Source: Paraphysomonas bandaiensis
Taxonomy: Eukaryota; Protista; Chrysophyceae
Assembly: GCA_965644295.1 (NCBI GenBank)
Contig: CBFFRP010000362.1
Coordinates: 321,217-385,216, forward strand
DNA length: 64,000 nucleotides
Reading direction: 5' to 3'
Shown: positions 11,366-25,340 of the stretch, one piece after another
How positions within the stretch are numbered: the first letter of the stretch is position 1
Layout: every line of letters starts with the position of its first letter
Made by a program: the position numbers and the translations under genes
Notes under the pieces: model-generated
The model's database searches: none
Told to the model about the DNA's origin: nothing
The model's input: only the letters and a program-made list of their open reading frames with translations

Positions 11366-13066
11366 GTTGGAAAACTTTACCGAAGATGGCTATAAGGCCG
11401 CAGATGGCCTGTTATCTTGGTTTTCCAATATAGTCAGTCGTCTATAAGGGTGAAATGAACCACACGATCATCTTTACAGCCCATTAAATATATATGACAT
11501 GTATACCACTGTATAGACAACTGTATACACGACAGTGTATGTACTGCAGAATTATGTACGTATGTACGTATGGTTGTCGAAGTCAACAGGTACATATTTG
11601 GGACATTGGACATGGATATCTATCACGAAGGATTCATAGTGAATAGCTTTATTGCTTTATCTTACTTAGATCTACGTCGCGTTTGCTACGAAACACAATT
11701 GATGGAGTAAAACAGAGGTGTATTACGAGCGTTCAGATGGTAAATGTATAAGGCCACAACTGCTTTATATATCTCCTGTGTCAACTATTCTCTATCTTGA
11801 AACTCTACCATCGATACGCATGTATAAAACCTCTTTGGTTATTTCAATATCTCTGATCTACCTATTTGGCGTACTATAAGTTCTTTTTTTGTATTGGTAC
11901 TGTTGGTATAAGTATTTCTAATCGTGTGTCTCTTGTGTAGTATTGATACGAACATATGCAGTATTTACTAACCCATGTAAAGTTCGCTCAAGGTGGTTAG
12001 ATTGCTCCTCAATATTACGAGGAATCAAGTTCATGGTAGCATAGCAAGCGATAAATATGAAATATATTGGAGTTGGACATATATATCTGCAGCTACCCTC
12101 ATATGATTAAAACCGTAATCTTCTTTGTTGCATAAAATAACCATTTTTCAGATCATCAAACATATATAAATCTAGTGAGCATTTGGTTTTCTTCATATCT
12201 GTCTTTCTGATATCATATGTTCACTTCACTCTCCAGCGCTGTAAAAATATAATGTAATGTTCTTTTAAACTATACACCGGAGTTTCAATGCATAACACTC
12301 TCTATACACAGCAGAATGGAATAATCTAGATCTGTGTAGAGCTTTGTTATAAGATATATTGTACAAATAGAATGCGTTAATAGTATAAAATAGGCAAAAT
12401 CTACACTTAGTTGTGAAGGGTAAATATAGTTAGCTACAATATAAGTAAATTCAGTTGTAAGGTATATTAATGGATTCACGATTGACTGATGAATATATAC
12501 AAAGAGATGTTAATGAGAACAGATGTTCACCAGATGTAACACGGATATATTTATATTTTGAGCTGTTAAATTTATAATTGTTCATAGGATGTTCGTATAA
12601 TAGAAATAGACTGTGTAGTATACATTATTGAATGGTTGATTAGCTCGAAATTAAAATATCGAAATATTAAACGTAATCTATTTCATAGGTCTGACGCTCA
12701 GGTTTTCTGGACTACGACAGTACTAGAAACCGTTTTGACAGACATTGCTTAGTCACAGCCACTTTAAACGACAGTTCTACTTACACTAAATGCTACTTTC
12801 ATGTGTATTTTAATCTGCCGATGCGTATGTTGTGTACGATACAGAGTATCGTTATACAGTATAACAATTACTCTCCTTTATTCCCTGACAAACACTTCAG
12901 TTTCAATAATTACATTTTGATGCTCTAGATTGCAGTAAACACTATTGTTATATCATCATTTCTACTCCATCCAACGACATATTCAAGAGAATACAATGAA
13001 AATCACATGGAGCAGTATATTTGGTTGGAGAATTGTAATCAAATATTTGTAATTCCATTAATATGT

Positions 13067-13082
13067 GGTGTTGAAAAACACC
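13067..13082 (-). promoter_or_regulatory. Histone 3' stem-loop (H3)
   Basis: Minus strand GGTGTT-TTTC-AACACC, 23 nt after the stop codon. Confidence 0.9.
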
Positions 13083-13105
13083 AATTGTTTGTAGAAGAAG
13101 AACGC

Positions 13106-14128
<1,023 letters not shown>

Positions 14129-14165
14129 ATTCGCAAATCTTAATATTGCTTATTCTACAAACATT

Positions 14166-14181
14166 GGTGTTTTTCAACACC
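14166..14181 (+). promoter_or_regulatory. Histone 3' stem-loop (H4)
   Basis: GGTGTT-TTTC-AACACC, 37 nt after the stop codon. Confidence 0.9.
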
Positions 14182-14542
14182 ATTATTCTATGGAATTGTG
14201 TAATTTTCTTTATTGGTTGTAGGATTTCTTTATTAAATTGCTCACGTAGTGGAAGTATATATGAGATAATGTCTTCACTTGATAAATGTAGTGAGCAAGC
14301 AATGAAATCTCAGTAACGTGAGAAGTGTACTCTCATGTACGAAGTAAATTGTATATGGAGCACTGTTCTGGAAGCATGAACCATATTAACGACTCTAATA
14401 CTTGCGAGGAAGAAGCAACAGGCCCTATTATGAGCAGCTGTTATTCCCAAGTCAAATATGGACGAACAGTTCGTATTGGCACTTGATATTAATAGACTTG
14501 GATATGCAGATATCTACGGAATATCATGTATAGAAAGTCTTC

Positions 14543-14714
14543 GAAGGCGGACTGCCGCAGCAACTATAACGCAAAGTTCTTGCAGACACTGCAGCACAAA
14601 TGCGTTTCAAGATCAATGCACAGTTCGAATTTACTTGCTTTGATCTTGCCACGCATATCTGGTGCAGTATCTGATAGTCTTTCGCGTTGCGGTTGTGGCG
14701 ACAGTCCGTCTTTC
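14543..14714. other. Long imperfect hairpin (~78-bp stem, ~15-nt loop); candidate miRNA-like precursor or fold-back element
   Basis: Arm 14543-14620 pairs with 14636-14714 with scattered small mismatches and G-U pairs. Confidence 0.7.
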
Positions 14715-15102
14715 CATACTACATGTAGACACATACCATATAAGATGATTTGGACTTGTTAACTTCCATTTCTGGAGATGTTTCATGCCAAAAACCAATG
14801 ACGACGTCGTCATCATATGTACATACGTACATACTATGTTTTCAATCGATTCTTCATACTCTTGTAAAGACCAAATCCTTACAGTCCTTTTATAGACGAC
14901 AGAGATCCATTCGCTATTAGAAGTAAAAAGATAGTAGAAAAGTATTGGAGGATGAGGTATGGAATGGCTCCTACTACAAGTCTACAAGTTAGCTGTGTAA
15001 AGTTCTAGTGACTAAGTTAAACCTCTGAATATAGTAATATCACATCATTAAACATAATGCCTTCGTAGATCTGTTAGAATAACTAGCTAATACACGACAT
15101 AC

Positions 15103-15681
15103 TTAGATATTTAGAGGTTCAGATTCAACTTGTTGATAAACAGAGCCAAGCCATTTCTCATCAACAAAATTTATATCGTCAGAATACATTGCACTGTCTA
15201 CATCTATGCTATCCTCTCCATACACTCGACTTGGAAGGTAGTCCATGTCAAAAGCCTGTATAGCTTTCAAATAACCCTCCTCATCGTCAGGTGGTACGAC
15301 GCACATCCATTGCTGAAGGTAATCGAACATTTCTTCGTCTGACATATCTAAGTGCTCACGAAGCCTCCCGTAATATTCTCTATCAAAAGAATCAATCGAT
15401 CCCATAGATTCTTCACACACTTCTAAAGCATCAAATCCAAATAACCCTGTTTTATAAACGACAGGAAGCCAGTCGCTGTTAGTAGTAAACAGAGAATAGA
15501 AAAGTTTTGGAGGAAGAGGAATTCCAATCACCCATATAAGAATAGCTACTACTACTGAGCGACGTAAACACGGGTTGCGTTTGATGAACCACTCCTCATC
15601 ACAGTTCTCACGTGCCATGTTCTGAGATTCATTGTTGTGCTTGTTATTACCTGAGTTAGAACGGTTTCGTCTTGGTGCCAT
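15103..15681 (-). CDS. Hypothetical single-pass membrane protein with acidic C-terminus
   Basis: Open ORF from MAPRRNRS with one hydrophobic segment, SVVVAILIWVIGIPL. Confidence 0.65.
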   Translation of the reverse strand: MAPRRNRSNSGNNKHNNESQNMARENCDEEWFIKRNPCLRRSVVVAILIWVIGIPLPPKLFYSLFTTNSDWLPVVYKTGLFGFDALEVCEESMGSIDSFDREYYGRLREHLDMSDEEMFDYLQQWMCVVPPDDEEGYLKAIQAFDMDYLPSRVYGEDSIDVDSAMYSDDINFVDEKWLGSVYQQVESEPLNI

Positions 15682-15830
15682 TATAAATATAATGTACAAT
15701 TTACAAATAATATACTCAACTCCAGAGAATAACAGCTACAATAGATATGGCATTATACTTCCATTCTACATTGATAACTAGACAATAGTTGCATGGGACA
15801 GAATAGTTGCTATTCTCGTACTTAAATATT

Positions 15831-16146
15831 TATGTATGTATGTATGTATGTATGTATGTATGTATGTATGTATGTATGTATGTATGTATGTATGTATGTA
15901 TGTATGTATGTATGTATGTATGTATGTATGTATGTATGTATGTATGTATGTATGTATGTATGTATGTATGTATGTATGTATGTATGTATGTATGTATGTA
16001 TGTATGTATGTATGTATGTATGTATGTATGTATGTATGTATGTATGTATGTATGTATGTATGTATGTATGTATGTATGTATGTATGTATGTATGTATGTA
16101 TGTATGTATGTATGTATGTATGTATGTATGTATGTATGTATGTATG
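15831..16146 (+). repeat. (TATG)79 microsatellite
   Basis: Perfect tetranucleotide array. Confidence 0.98.
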
Positions 16147-17411
16147 TTTGTACACTAAAATACCTATAATACAGTAGAATACAATACAGCATGAGTGCAG
16201 TTGTGTATCTTCTGTAAGATCATACTCAGCACTGCTACGAGTGGCATTAACGACACACAACCACAGGCAGACACATCAAAATGGTTTGAACCACCCCTCA
16301 AATGAAGAGATCCAGCCTGGATACTATTGTACACACAGACAGCACTCTTAAAACCTGTGTACCAACTTGAGATGCAGGTACTGCTTGGGGCAGTGGGTGT
16401 CCGGACACAGGCATGTGTCAGTAAATCATATTTCTACAGGACTCCAGACCACTGGAACACCATCCCGTTTAGTCATTGCTTCAGAGGTGAATACTCTGAG
16501 AGATAGATGAAAACACTCTCATCCAAAACTTGGAATTACCAAATATATTTGGCAAATATATTACACGGGAAACTTCCTGGTAGCGTATAGACAGAGATAT
16601 GCACTGTGATGAGGAATTATTTGAAGCGAATTTGAGGAGTCATTATAGCTACAACTTTAGCTCCTGTTATAGCACGTAAATAAAGTATTCTACGGCATGT
16701 GCCACAGCTACTACAGAGAAATCTTATTGTACCAAGTCTATACGATTGGAATAGACTTGGTTTCCTCGTAATAATAAATGATCCGAACTAGTCAACATTT
16801 AATTAAAAGGTTATTTATCTAATATGCTCGCCTATATCTACGCATAACAGAACAAAGGCATAATAGAAGTGAGAAATAACTAATGCTGTATTGCTCATTC
16901 AGTAAAGTCATTCAGTAATAGAAAATAGAGACATATTTCGACATGAGAACATGAGCCCAACGTACGACTGTAGAATGTGTGTTAAATGTTTAGGCATTGT
17001 ACTAAATTGCACTTCATAAAGTAAAATATCTAGCTGGGAGATTATACGAAATATTTTAACCACCCTGACAAGGTACACACACAAGCAGAAAATCAATTGT
17101 ATTAAATAATAACCAACAGACAAAGGGTGTAATGACATATAAATTAATATTTATTTGATACAAACACCTGTTTATGAAATTTTACATATGCCTACATTAT
17201 AATATGTATGTATGTGTGAAGATTGAAGATGCAATGCTCTTCCCAAGGAGCCTCGTGTTAAGATCGGGTTGACAGCAACGTGGCCTTCTTGAGACACTCA
17301 TCGTGATCAAGTATAAATGCTGATATCCAGCACCTGTATACTTTTATAAAAACAACACACACTTTTATTATTCAATATGCAATAGAGTATACAATTAATA
17401 TTATAAACTAT

Positions 17412-20118
17412 TTAGCAGGTATTCTCACGAACAAACTGGTATAACTGCCACAGTTTTTCTAACTTCTCTTCTAGCTCAGCCTTGGTATATAGACAGTTAC
17501 TTGATAATGTACATCCACTTCTGTTTATTTCAACAGCTGCCGATTGAGATCCGCTCTTGTAAAATCTGCTTGTATCTATCGATCTCATAATTGCTTCACA
17601 TTCTGCAACAACCTAAATATAATACATAACCGTTCGACACGACTCTGAGACAACTCCACCACTGTACCTGCTGTAAGTCGTATGGAAGCGAGTATATATC
17701 ACTATCAAGTGGGTTCAATTCGCTCGACTCCTCTGAATGTCCGTCAACTTCGCGATCTAGTACAGACAAAATGTGTTCCCTAAGCTGCGTTTGAATTTGA
17801 CACAGCAGCAATCGTGAGTTACTCTTATGCCTAATGATTTCTATAGAGTCGCAGGATTTTACGTCTGCAGCACTGGTTGGGACAACTGACTTCGAAACGG
17901 AATATGAGTACGAGATTTCCTGCTTCATACACGCTTGCTCAGTATGACGAGGAGATAGCACTCTATTGGCCACTTTTAGTCCTTCTGCATAGGTTGGAGA
18001 GTTGACCGCGCTCTGGATAGTAGACAATAGTTGTGTCGTCGTACGGGAAAGGGAGCTAAGAGCGGGATGTGAGTCACTTCGTGTAGGAATTGGTGTAGAT
18101 AATGAATATAGAGAATTGCCAACATCTCGAATACTCGCACTTCGTGTAGAAGCTAGCAATGTGGATTCCTCAGAGGGTTGCAGTGGTGCTGGCAGGGATT
18201 TTAGAAACTGTACACTCATCTCTGATTGCCCCTTCATAGCTATGAGGATGTCTCCAAAACCTACATCCACAGTTCCCCAAGGTAAATCTGTCCCAACATG
18301 ACCAGCGTCACTATATCCATAATTACTGTTTTCCTTAAAGTTTGGAATAAAGAAAGTTATGTCGAGGTAGTGGGACACAGGCATTGAGATGTGGAGAGGC
18401 ACGGTGAAGGAACACACATGCTTAGATACATTGCCACTGCTATCTGAACTCGGCAGAAATAGCGCTGTGGAATTGAAGCTCTTGAAAGACTGAGGATTGT
18501 CATGCGACGACGGGGCATGACTACCTGCCCTCCAAGTCACCCTAACGGCTCTCCCTTGTAGAGCACGGACTACAGAAATAGACTTTGTGGAAAGTGTAAT
18601 ACGGCCAGCGAACCCTTCTCTGTCAGCTGCGTGGGTACAGTGCTGATATACTCGAGGTTCCACATTAACAGACGCTTCCAAACATTCAGGCCAGGCATGT
18701 CTCTCCATCATAATCAATAGGGACGACAACTGCAGTATTTCCCTCTCTGTGCGGCGCGCGTACTGCAGGACAGTGTGTTCAGCTTTAATAGCGGATGATA
18801 TTTCACCCAAGACTTCCCTGACAGACTCAACAGTGCCAGGAGTAAGTACATCTCTAGAAGCGCAAGAATTAAAAGCTTGTTGAAGTGCAAGAATGTTTTC
18901 TCTGGCGCTCTGCACATTCAGCTGATGGGTGGTCTTTCTCATATCCGGTGAAGATGACATGGCCGATTCGGAGTTGCCGACCAGTGGAATAGGAACATCA
19001 AATATCCCACCCCCATGAAACACTACCACAATACTGCGTCGATCTGATGGCAAAGTAAATGAAAGAATGCGTTTGGTGTGAGGAGGGCTGATTACGTGTG
19101 GGACAGACAACTCCAGAGGGCACAATCCTGTTTGCTGAATGAAGTACGACGCTGTCAGTGCGCCCTCGTTGAGGTAGAGAAGCACACCTTCAAAGGGTGA
19201 GATGGACTTACAATCAATCCCATCCGGCAGCATGATACGAGAACCTACTAGACTACTAGAGAAGGTAAACTCTGGTGAAGAGTCAAAGAGAGAGTAGACA
19301 GCGAGTGTGCGATCTGTGTGCACGAAACACAAACGCAAGCGGCATACGTTGGAAGGTATATCCACAGAGGTTTTAGAAATAAGGGGGGTCTGACTAAATA
19401 TTCGAACGATAGGTGAGTAACTCATAGAAACAGGTGATAGTGGAAGGGTACTCGATGATAGACTTGCATTCTCTGAAATATGAGCGCTGTACTCTGGAGT
19501 CAACAGCTGATGATAAGCGACCGTGCCATCAGACATTCCAACCAATATGAGACGAGAATACTGATACAACTGCGATAGTTGAAGGCGCTTCATAAGCGCA
19601 TTGTAGCATGGGCAAATATCACGCGAAAGTGTATAAATACACGTTGGAAATGAACTAGAAAGGCTTTGATATGGTGATCTAGGAGCTTCTACCTGCTTGA
19701 TATCAACTCCTCCACTCGATGCGGATATTAAAAATATAGATGAATCGGAACAACCACAAACAAGTCGACAATCGTCATAACAACAGGCTACCACAGAGCT
19801 CTCATATGAGTGCAGTAGAGACTGTTTGACAGTCACATCTCTGCCCTCTGCTGCCTCTGCTAATACATCGCTAAGACACCACTGATGGTCACCTCTGTGG
19901 GCATCATGAGGGGCACTGTTCTCCTCTACAGTTAGCTCATATATACTGCCATTTGTAACTATAATATACACTCGTCCATCACCAGCAGCAGATATGTGAG
20001 ATATGGTGCAGGGTAGTGGATGGGAGAGCACTGTCTGAGAGCCACGAGATATATGGACAGTATGTGTATGGGGGAAGGAGTGAAATGTCCATTGACCGGA
20101 GGTGTCTATTAGTGTCAT
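17412..20118 (-). CDS. Large beta-propeller/coiled-coil protein, tentatively FAAP100-like
   Basis: 840-aa ORF plus a spliced terminal exon ending EKLEKLWQLYQFVRENTC*. Beta-rich N-terminal half with LILVGMSDGTV, central helix VREVLGEISSAIKAEHTVLQY. The layout resembles FAAP100 from memory only. Confidence 0.5.
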
Positions 20119-20503
20119 AGAAGAGGGATTGTATAGTGGCCCCTGGAATGCAGCGATGCATTGGAAGTAATGATGCTATCTATCTATGTGTCACTGATTC
20201 GAGGCCTCTGGAAGTGTACATAAGGCTGTGTGTATATAGGTACGCAGGTACATAGGTACATAGGTACATTATGTAGGCACCAATGGAACATACGTATGGT
20301 GTTGTATGCAGTGCTGATTTGCTGCTGTTGTATACTATACGAGGTGCGGTATATAGTCCTTTCAGGCAGGCATGTACCACACCATAACATATCTATGTAT
20401 ATATATCTATATTAAATCATACACAGTGCATCCGTCTCCATAACTCACCCTCATTATCACAACAACATGTCTATACACCCCCACAGGTCGCTCTCATGTT
20501 TCA

Positions 20504-22614
20504 ATGAGCCATAGCAGCATGCTCCATCACACAAGTGTTAAGTTCCTATTAGTGTGCTGGCTTATAGTTAGAGCCGATATATATGAAATGACTCGTCAAG
20601 AGGCCGCTCATACGGGCATCAAATACTCTATTCCTGCTATAGTGAATGAGTTTATGGCCTCTAGTTGGGCTCAATCGAGTGACATCTCTCGCAATGATAT
20701 GGCAGCCCATCACAATATTGTGACTTATTTTTGTAAGCAACGCAAAACTAAAACATGTACTTGGAGAGAATATTACAATGTATTCGACCATATCCGACAA
20801 CCGTATGAGAATATGTTTGATCCTGGCGCCCACCCCATTGGCGAAGGTGTTGAAGACATTCAAAAGAAGTCACGCTCTGGCCATTTGTACCAGGATACTT
20901 GCCATATCATTGAGAATCCAACAGCAAAAGAATTCTTCGAATATGTTGTCGGCAACAAGCCTGTTATTATTCGTGGCGTTATTCCGAGTCGTTTTCAATC
21001 CAAGGACTGGCTACTGGAAAACTTAAAAGATGTAATTGGTGATTCAGAGGTCCGTTTTCGAGCACTATCTATACTTTGCACTCCTTTTTTACGAAAGTAA
21101 ATGTTTGTATTCCTATAGGTGGTTGTAAGTGCGGCACCGACAGCTGACTTTGATGGTCCGGAGAGTTTCTCACTATGGGGTTTATATAACTACAGTACAG
21201 CCGACGTTGATCTAATTGTCCGTCCAGCGCACGTGAACATGTTGTTTTCGGAATACGCAGATCTTCTCTCCCGCAGAGATCGAAATATATCCAGTCTATA
21301 CTTAGAATATTTTCCAATGCCAGCTTTGTTTATGCAGCATCGTGTGAAATCTGGGAAAAACGAAATAATAAGTCAATTACCCCGGTATGAGTGGGCTAAC
21401 TTTCTGATATCACGGTATCACTTACTGTGGTTGGGTGGCGGCTCAAATAGTCCTGAAAGTACGGCGAGCCCTACGAGTAGACTTCACTTCGACCGAATGG
21501 AGAATCTCATGACCGTTATTGCTGGCTCTAAAATATTTCGATTATATGACCCTTCGCAAAGTGAATACCTGTATGGTGGTGGGCCTGTGATTTCTGCATC
21601 GTTTAGTGCACACCTTCATCGTCGCCAGGGAGGCCCCCCTTCAATCACATTTACTCGATCCCCCACAACTATATCGCATGCAGTGAACACGTATCACACT
21701 TACAGTCCTGTGAACATCCGACAACCCAACTACGACCGACATCCTCGTTATAAGTATGCAAAGGAGATGGTTTGCACTGTGGAGTCGGGAGACACTTTGT
21801 ATCTGCCGTCTCACTGGTGGCATGAGGTGAGAATTCTAGTATCTATACTGCAATACTGCAATATAACCACTTTCGTCGACAACGTACTACAGTAATAAAT
21901 AGTATGTACTATGTATAGTTCTTTGCGATAATACTACGTGTGTGACTTTAGGTGACCTCTACACCTGACCATGAAGGAAAAAGTATAGGGGTGAACAAGT
22001 TCTTCGAGCCTTTCTATAATAGGCTCGGGTTTAAGACCACTACTAATAGACTACAGCGCAATCGGTATTATGCCCATCTATACCCTGAAGGCAATGTGAT
22101 GCCTTGTTCAGAGGATGACGTGTGTTTCCTTTCTGATGGTTTGTTGGATCCCGAAACAGATAAGGAGTTCAGAAGGTCTGATCATATGGATGAAATATAT
22201 CGTGACCCATACGAACACCAAACCACGACCTCGACGAAATCACGCATTGAGACTCAGGAGTGTCACTCAGATCAGCCTGTATATGATGCGAACGTAAAGA
22301 AGAATGGCGTCATTGACAGAGGAGCTAATCGAAAGAGTACAGTGTTAAGTCGGTATCCGAAACGGAGAAGACGAGGAAAAAGAATGTCGAAAGCTGTGTG
22401 TACTGATTCTACGTCAGAGTCAAACGGAAATGCAAGAGAAATTAGGAACAGGAATGAAAAAGAAATGTCTGCTCTTTATCGCGACAAAGATTTGAGAAAT
22501 GTGAGAAATAGAAAGGATGTTCATGGTGAAGACGAATTCGAAAATGTTCGCTACTCAAGTGTTAAATCGAGGCAACGTAAAGGAAAAAGAAATGCTAAAC
22601 GATATCGGAGTTGA
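20504..22614 (+). CDS. JmjC (cupin-like 8) 2-oxoglutarate/Fe(II) oxygenase, 3 exons
   Basis: NKPVIIRG, LWLGGG, RLHFDRMENL (HxD), GDTLYLPSHWWHEV. Basic low-complexity tail and hydrophobic N-terminus. Confidence 0.9.
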
Positions 22615-23054
22615 CATGTGTACGTACTAGAACGTATTTCGTTTTCTATTGCTTAGTTATTCTAGAATTGATTACTACATTCTAGTTGTCCTAGGATACC
22701 TGTGTTTATACATCTTTATTAGTGCTTTCTGGTAAATGCTTATGTTTTGTCTAAAATAAATGTTCTATAACTGTTGTTGATTCAAAATTCAGACGGGCCA
22801 TTAATATCAACACGACGAAAGTGTCGCCTTATAGAAACATAGAATCCCCGTAGGCGATACAGAACCACCCTAGGAAAAGCTTTGCGTTTCCAAATCACGG
22901 AGCAAACTACAATATACATAACCTTGGAAACTAGAAGTCAAATGCTCGCAGGAAATACTGCGTAATATATAATACTTTAGTTTTAGATTAATGGTTTCGA
23001 TTTGCAGCTGTGAAATACGTAGTATAATACAAAACAAACACACTATTATTAATA

Positions 23055-23570
23055 TCAATCAAATGACAACAAGTTTTGTTTCAATTTCTGCTTTTTCTTT
23101 TGCTTCTTTGGAGGTGTTGATGGTTCAGACACTTCCTCACTAGTACGCTTATGCGTATTCTGTCGCTCTCCATCTTTAGGCGCCTTCTTATGGAAAATAA
23201 TCTTCCCATCTTTATAATACTGCACGGGATCCTCTGCTGGGGCATCATTTACTGCTTCAACTACACTAGGGGATTCCACAGAACTTTGAAGGGGTTTAGT
23301 GCTGCTATCATCCACTGGAGTGTCTGTTTGTTTAGTTTCATCATCAGAATTATCTGAAGATATTCTCATATCCTTCTTTGCACTTTTTTCAACAATGACC
23401 GCCCCATCATTTCTAACAGCTTCCACATTATCATACTTGACATCATCGTATTCCACTCGTTCATTCAGATAGTTCTTCTTATTAGTAGTTAGCATATGTG
23501 AATATGCCTTTAAAAACTTTGGAACTTGACGCACAAAATGAGGCTTATTTGTCTTATCTTCACGGGGCAT
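23055..23570 (-). CDS. KIAA1143/DUF4604-like small charged protein
   Basis: N-terminal FVRQVPKFL, IIFHKK and a C-terminal K-rich tract ending LLSFD, typical of this family. Confidence 0.65.
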   Translation of the reverse strand: MPREDKTNKPHFVRQVPKFLKAYSHMLTTNKKNYLNERVEYDDVKYDNVEAVRNDGAVIVEKSAKKDMRISSDNSDDETKQTDTPVDDSSTKPLQSSVESPSVVEAVNDAPAEDPVQYYKDGKIIFHKKAPKDGERQNTHKRTSEEVSEPSTPPKKQKKKQKLKQNLLSFD

Positions 23571-23950
23571 TATGGAAAAGATTATAAGTGAATTATTGGG
23601 TATGGTTCATGTTCTAGTTATGTGATAGGGCTCATTGCTGTCCTTTAGGTGGGAAGGTTCATATGTTAACATACTACACACTGTGCTGTATCGCTGTATC
23701 CCTTCCCACTATACTATTTCTACACTCTGTACTCTGTTGATACTCTGTATAAAGTCGAAATTTATAGCTTTTACACATATATTTCTCCATTTTTTTTATA
23801 AATCGGTATATTTTACTGTATAACAATGAATTGGGTTCGTTAATGTCTTGCACTCACACTGCCATGCAATCATGCAATGCATGTAAGCTTGCAATGAAAA
23901 GCTGAGCCAGTTTATACTTATGAAGTAGGTCCATAATATCACCTGCAAGT

Positions 23951-24910
23951 ATGAATGCACTGACTCAATATCCTGCACTAACTTATGCTATTGCATTGTT
24001 GTTATTCATTTTTTTTTCATTTGTATGTGGTGTTATTGCAAGCGAACCAGCCATGTTCACCAAACGATACGCCCGACGACACCGCATATGCGGTGGTATT
24101 TTATTCGTTTGGCTCATAATTGGTTTTATACATACTATGTGGGGGACGAGTGATATGTACGTCTATGTGATGTATGATGTTGCACTCAGTGTACTTGGCA
24201 TTAGCACGGCGGTGTCTGCTGCATACGATTTTCGCAAGGCCCATAATCATATCAAAAATAGAGCATCTGGCACTTTGGACGAAGATGCAACAGTGACATT
24301 TAATGAAATGATTGAACATAGTTTCTATCAAGGTCTTAACCTTGCTCAAATTGTCGCCATCCATGCCATATCTCTCCTCGACAGTAGCACTCTATCCATT
24401 CGGGTAGTAATAGTAATGTTGGCAACGTCACCGTGGCTACTTCGATCTAAGTTTCCAGTCCACAGTTTTTCAGATAATTACAATAAAGGGCAGTCTCCAA
24501 GTGCTTTAATTAGTATTCTGTACCGCGCCAAGAAGTACCAGTATGTCTTTTACAAGCACTTTCTTTTGCACGGACTGTCTTTTAGTGTAGCTATATCCGG
24601 TGTGAAAATTGCAGGATCTCCTCACTTTAGGTTGTACTGGCTATGCTTAAATACAAGTTACGTATTGGAGTTCTTCTTACAAACATTAGTGAAGAAAAAG
24701 TACATGTCCCAATTTTATATGCTATTGTTACAACACCTCCTTATGGCAGTAAGCACTATTGCTGCCATACAAGTGTTACCTCATGTTTATTTAACTCTCG
24801 CTATGTTATCATTGCTGCTAAATTTTACCAACAGAAAACGGGAACTTGTCAATGCTACTATCGTAGTGATCACCGGCATTGTCTTGCGAAATTATCATAA
24901 GTTAATATAG
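23951..24910 (+). CDS. Multi-pass membrane protein of unknown function
   Basis: 319-aa intronless ORF with ~8 hydrophobic segments and conserved-looking loops (NRASGTLDEDATV, EMIEHSFYQ, KKYQYVFYKHFLLHG). Confidence 0.8.
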   Translation: MNALTQYPALTYAIALLLFIFFSFVCGVIASEPAMFTKRYARRHRICGGILFVWLIIGFIHTMWGTSDMYVYVMYDVALSVLGISTAVSAAYDFRKAHNHIKNRASGTLDEDATVTFNEMIEHSFYQGLNLAQIVAIHAISLLDSSTLSIRVVIVMLATSPWLLRSKFPVHSFSDNYNKGQSPSALISILYRAKKYQYVFYKHFLLHGLSFSVAISGVKIAGSPHFRLYWLCLNTSYVLEFFLQTLVKKKYMSQFYMLLLQHLLMAVSTIAAIQVLPHVYLTLAMLSLLLNFTNRKRELVNATIVVITGIVLRNYHKLI

Positions 24911-25340
24911 CTATTTTATGTTAGAGGTTTTTTCTCCTACTATGTACTCTCCCGTCATAGGGCACGGCATATTATAAATTAGGTTCCAATAACAATACTA
25001 GTTCTAACTGGTCGAAAAGACTTATCACGCTACACATAAATTGACTTTGCCACACTACTACTGAACAGATGTACGGCTGTATTCGACATGTATGACGCTA
25101 TATTAAGAATAGGTATATCTATTATGAATAAAGCTTTCTTATTAATGGCACGGCACGGTATATCACCCCGCAACAATGATATGCATAATTCAGATCACCA
25201 TAGAGTAAGAGCACCTTAGACATATACAAACATGATCCGATAATGTACTTATTCATTCAACTAACTTATAATATCACGTGGACAAAAACAATGGTCCCAT
25301 ATAAATGCTCAAAGTTTAGATATACTCAATAAAACTTGTC

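Noticed and set aside
16308-16535. Cluster of short hairpins suggesting a structured ncRNA
   Set aside because: Stems are only 5-6 bp and no snRNA, snoRNA or tRNA motif is recognised, so this is compatible with chance.
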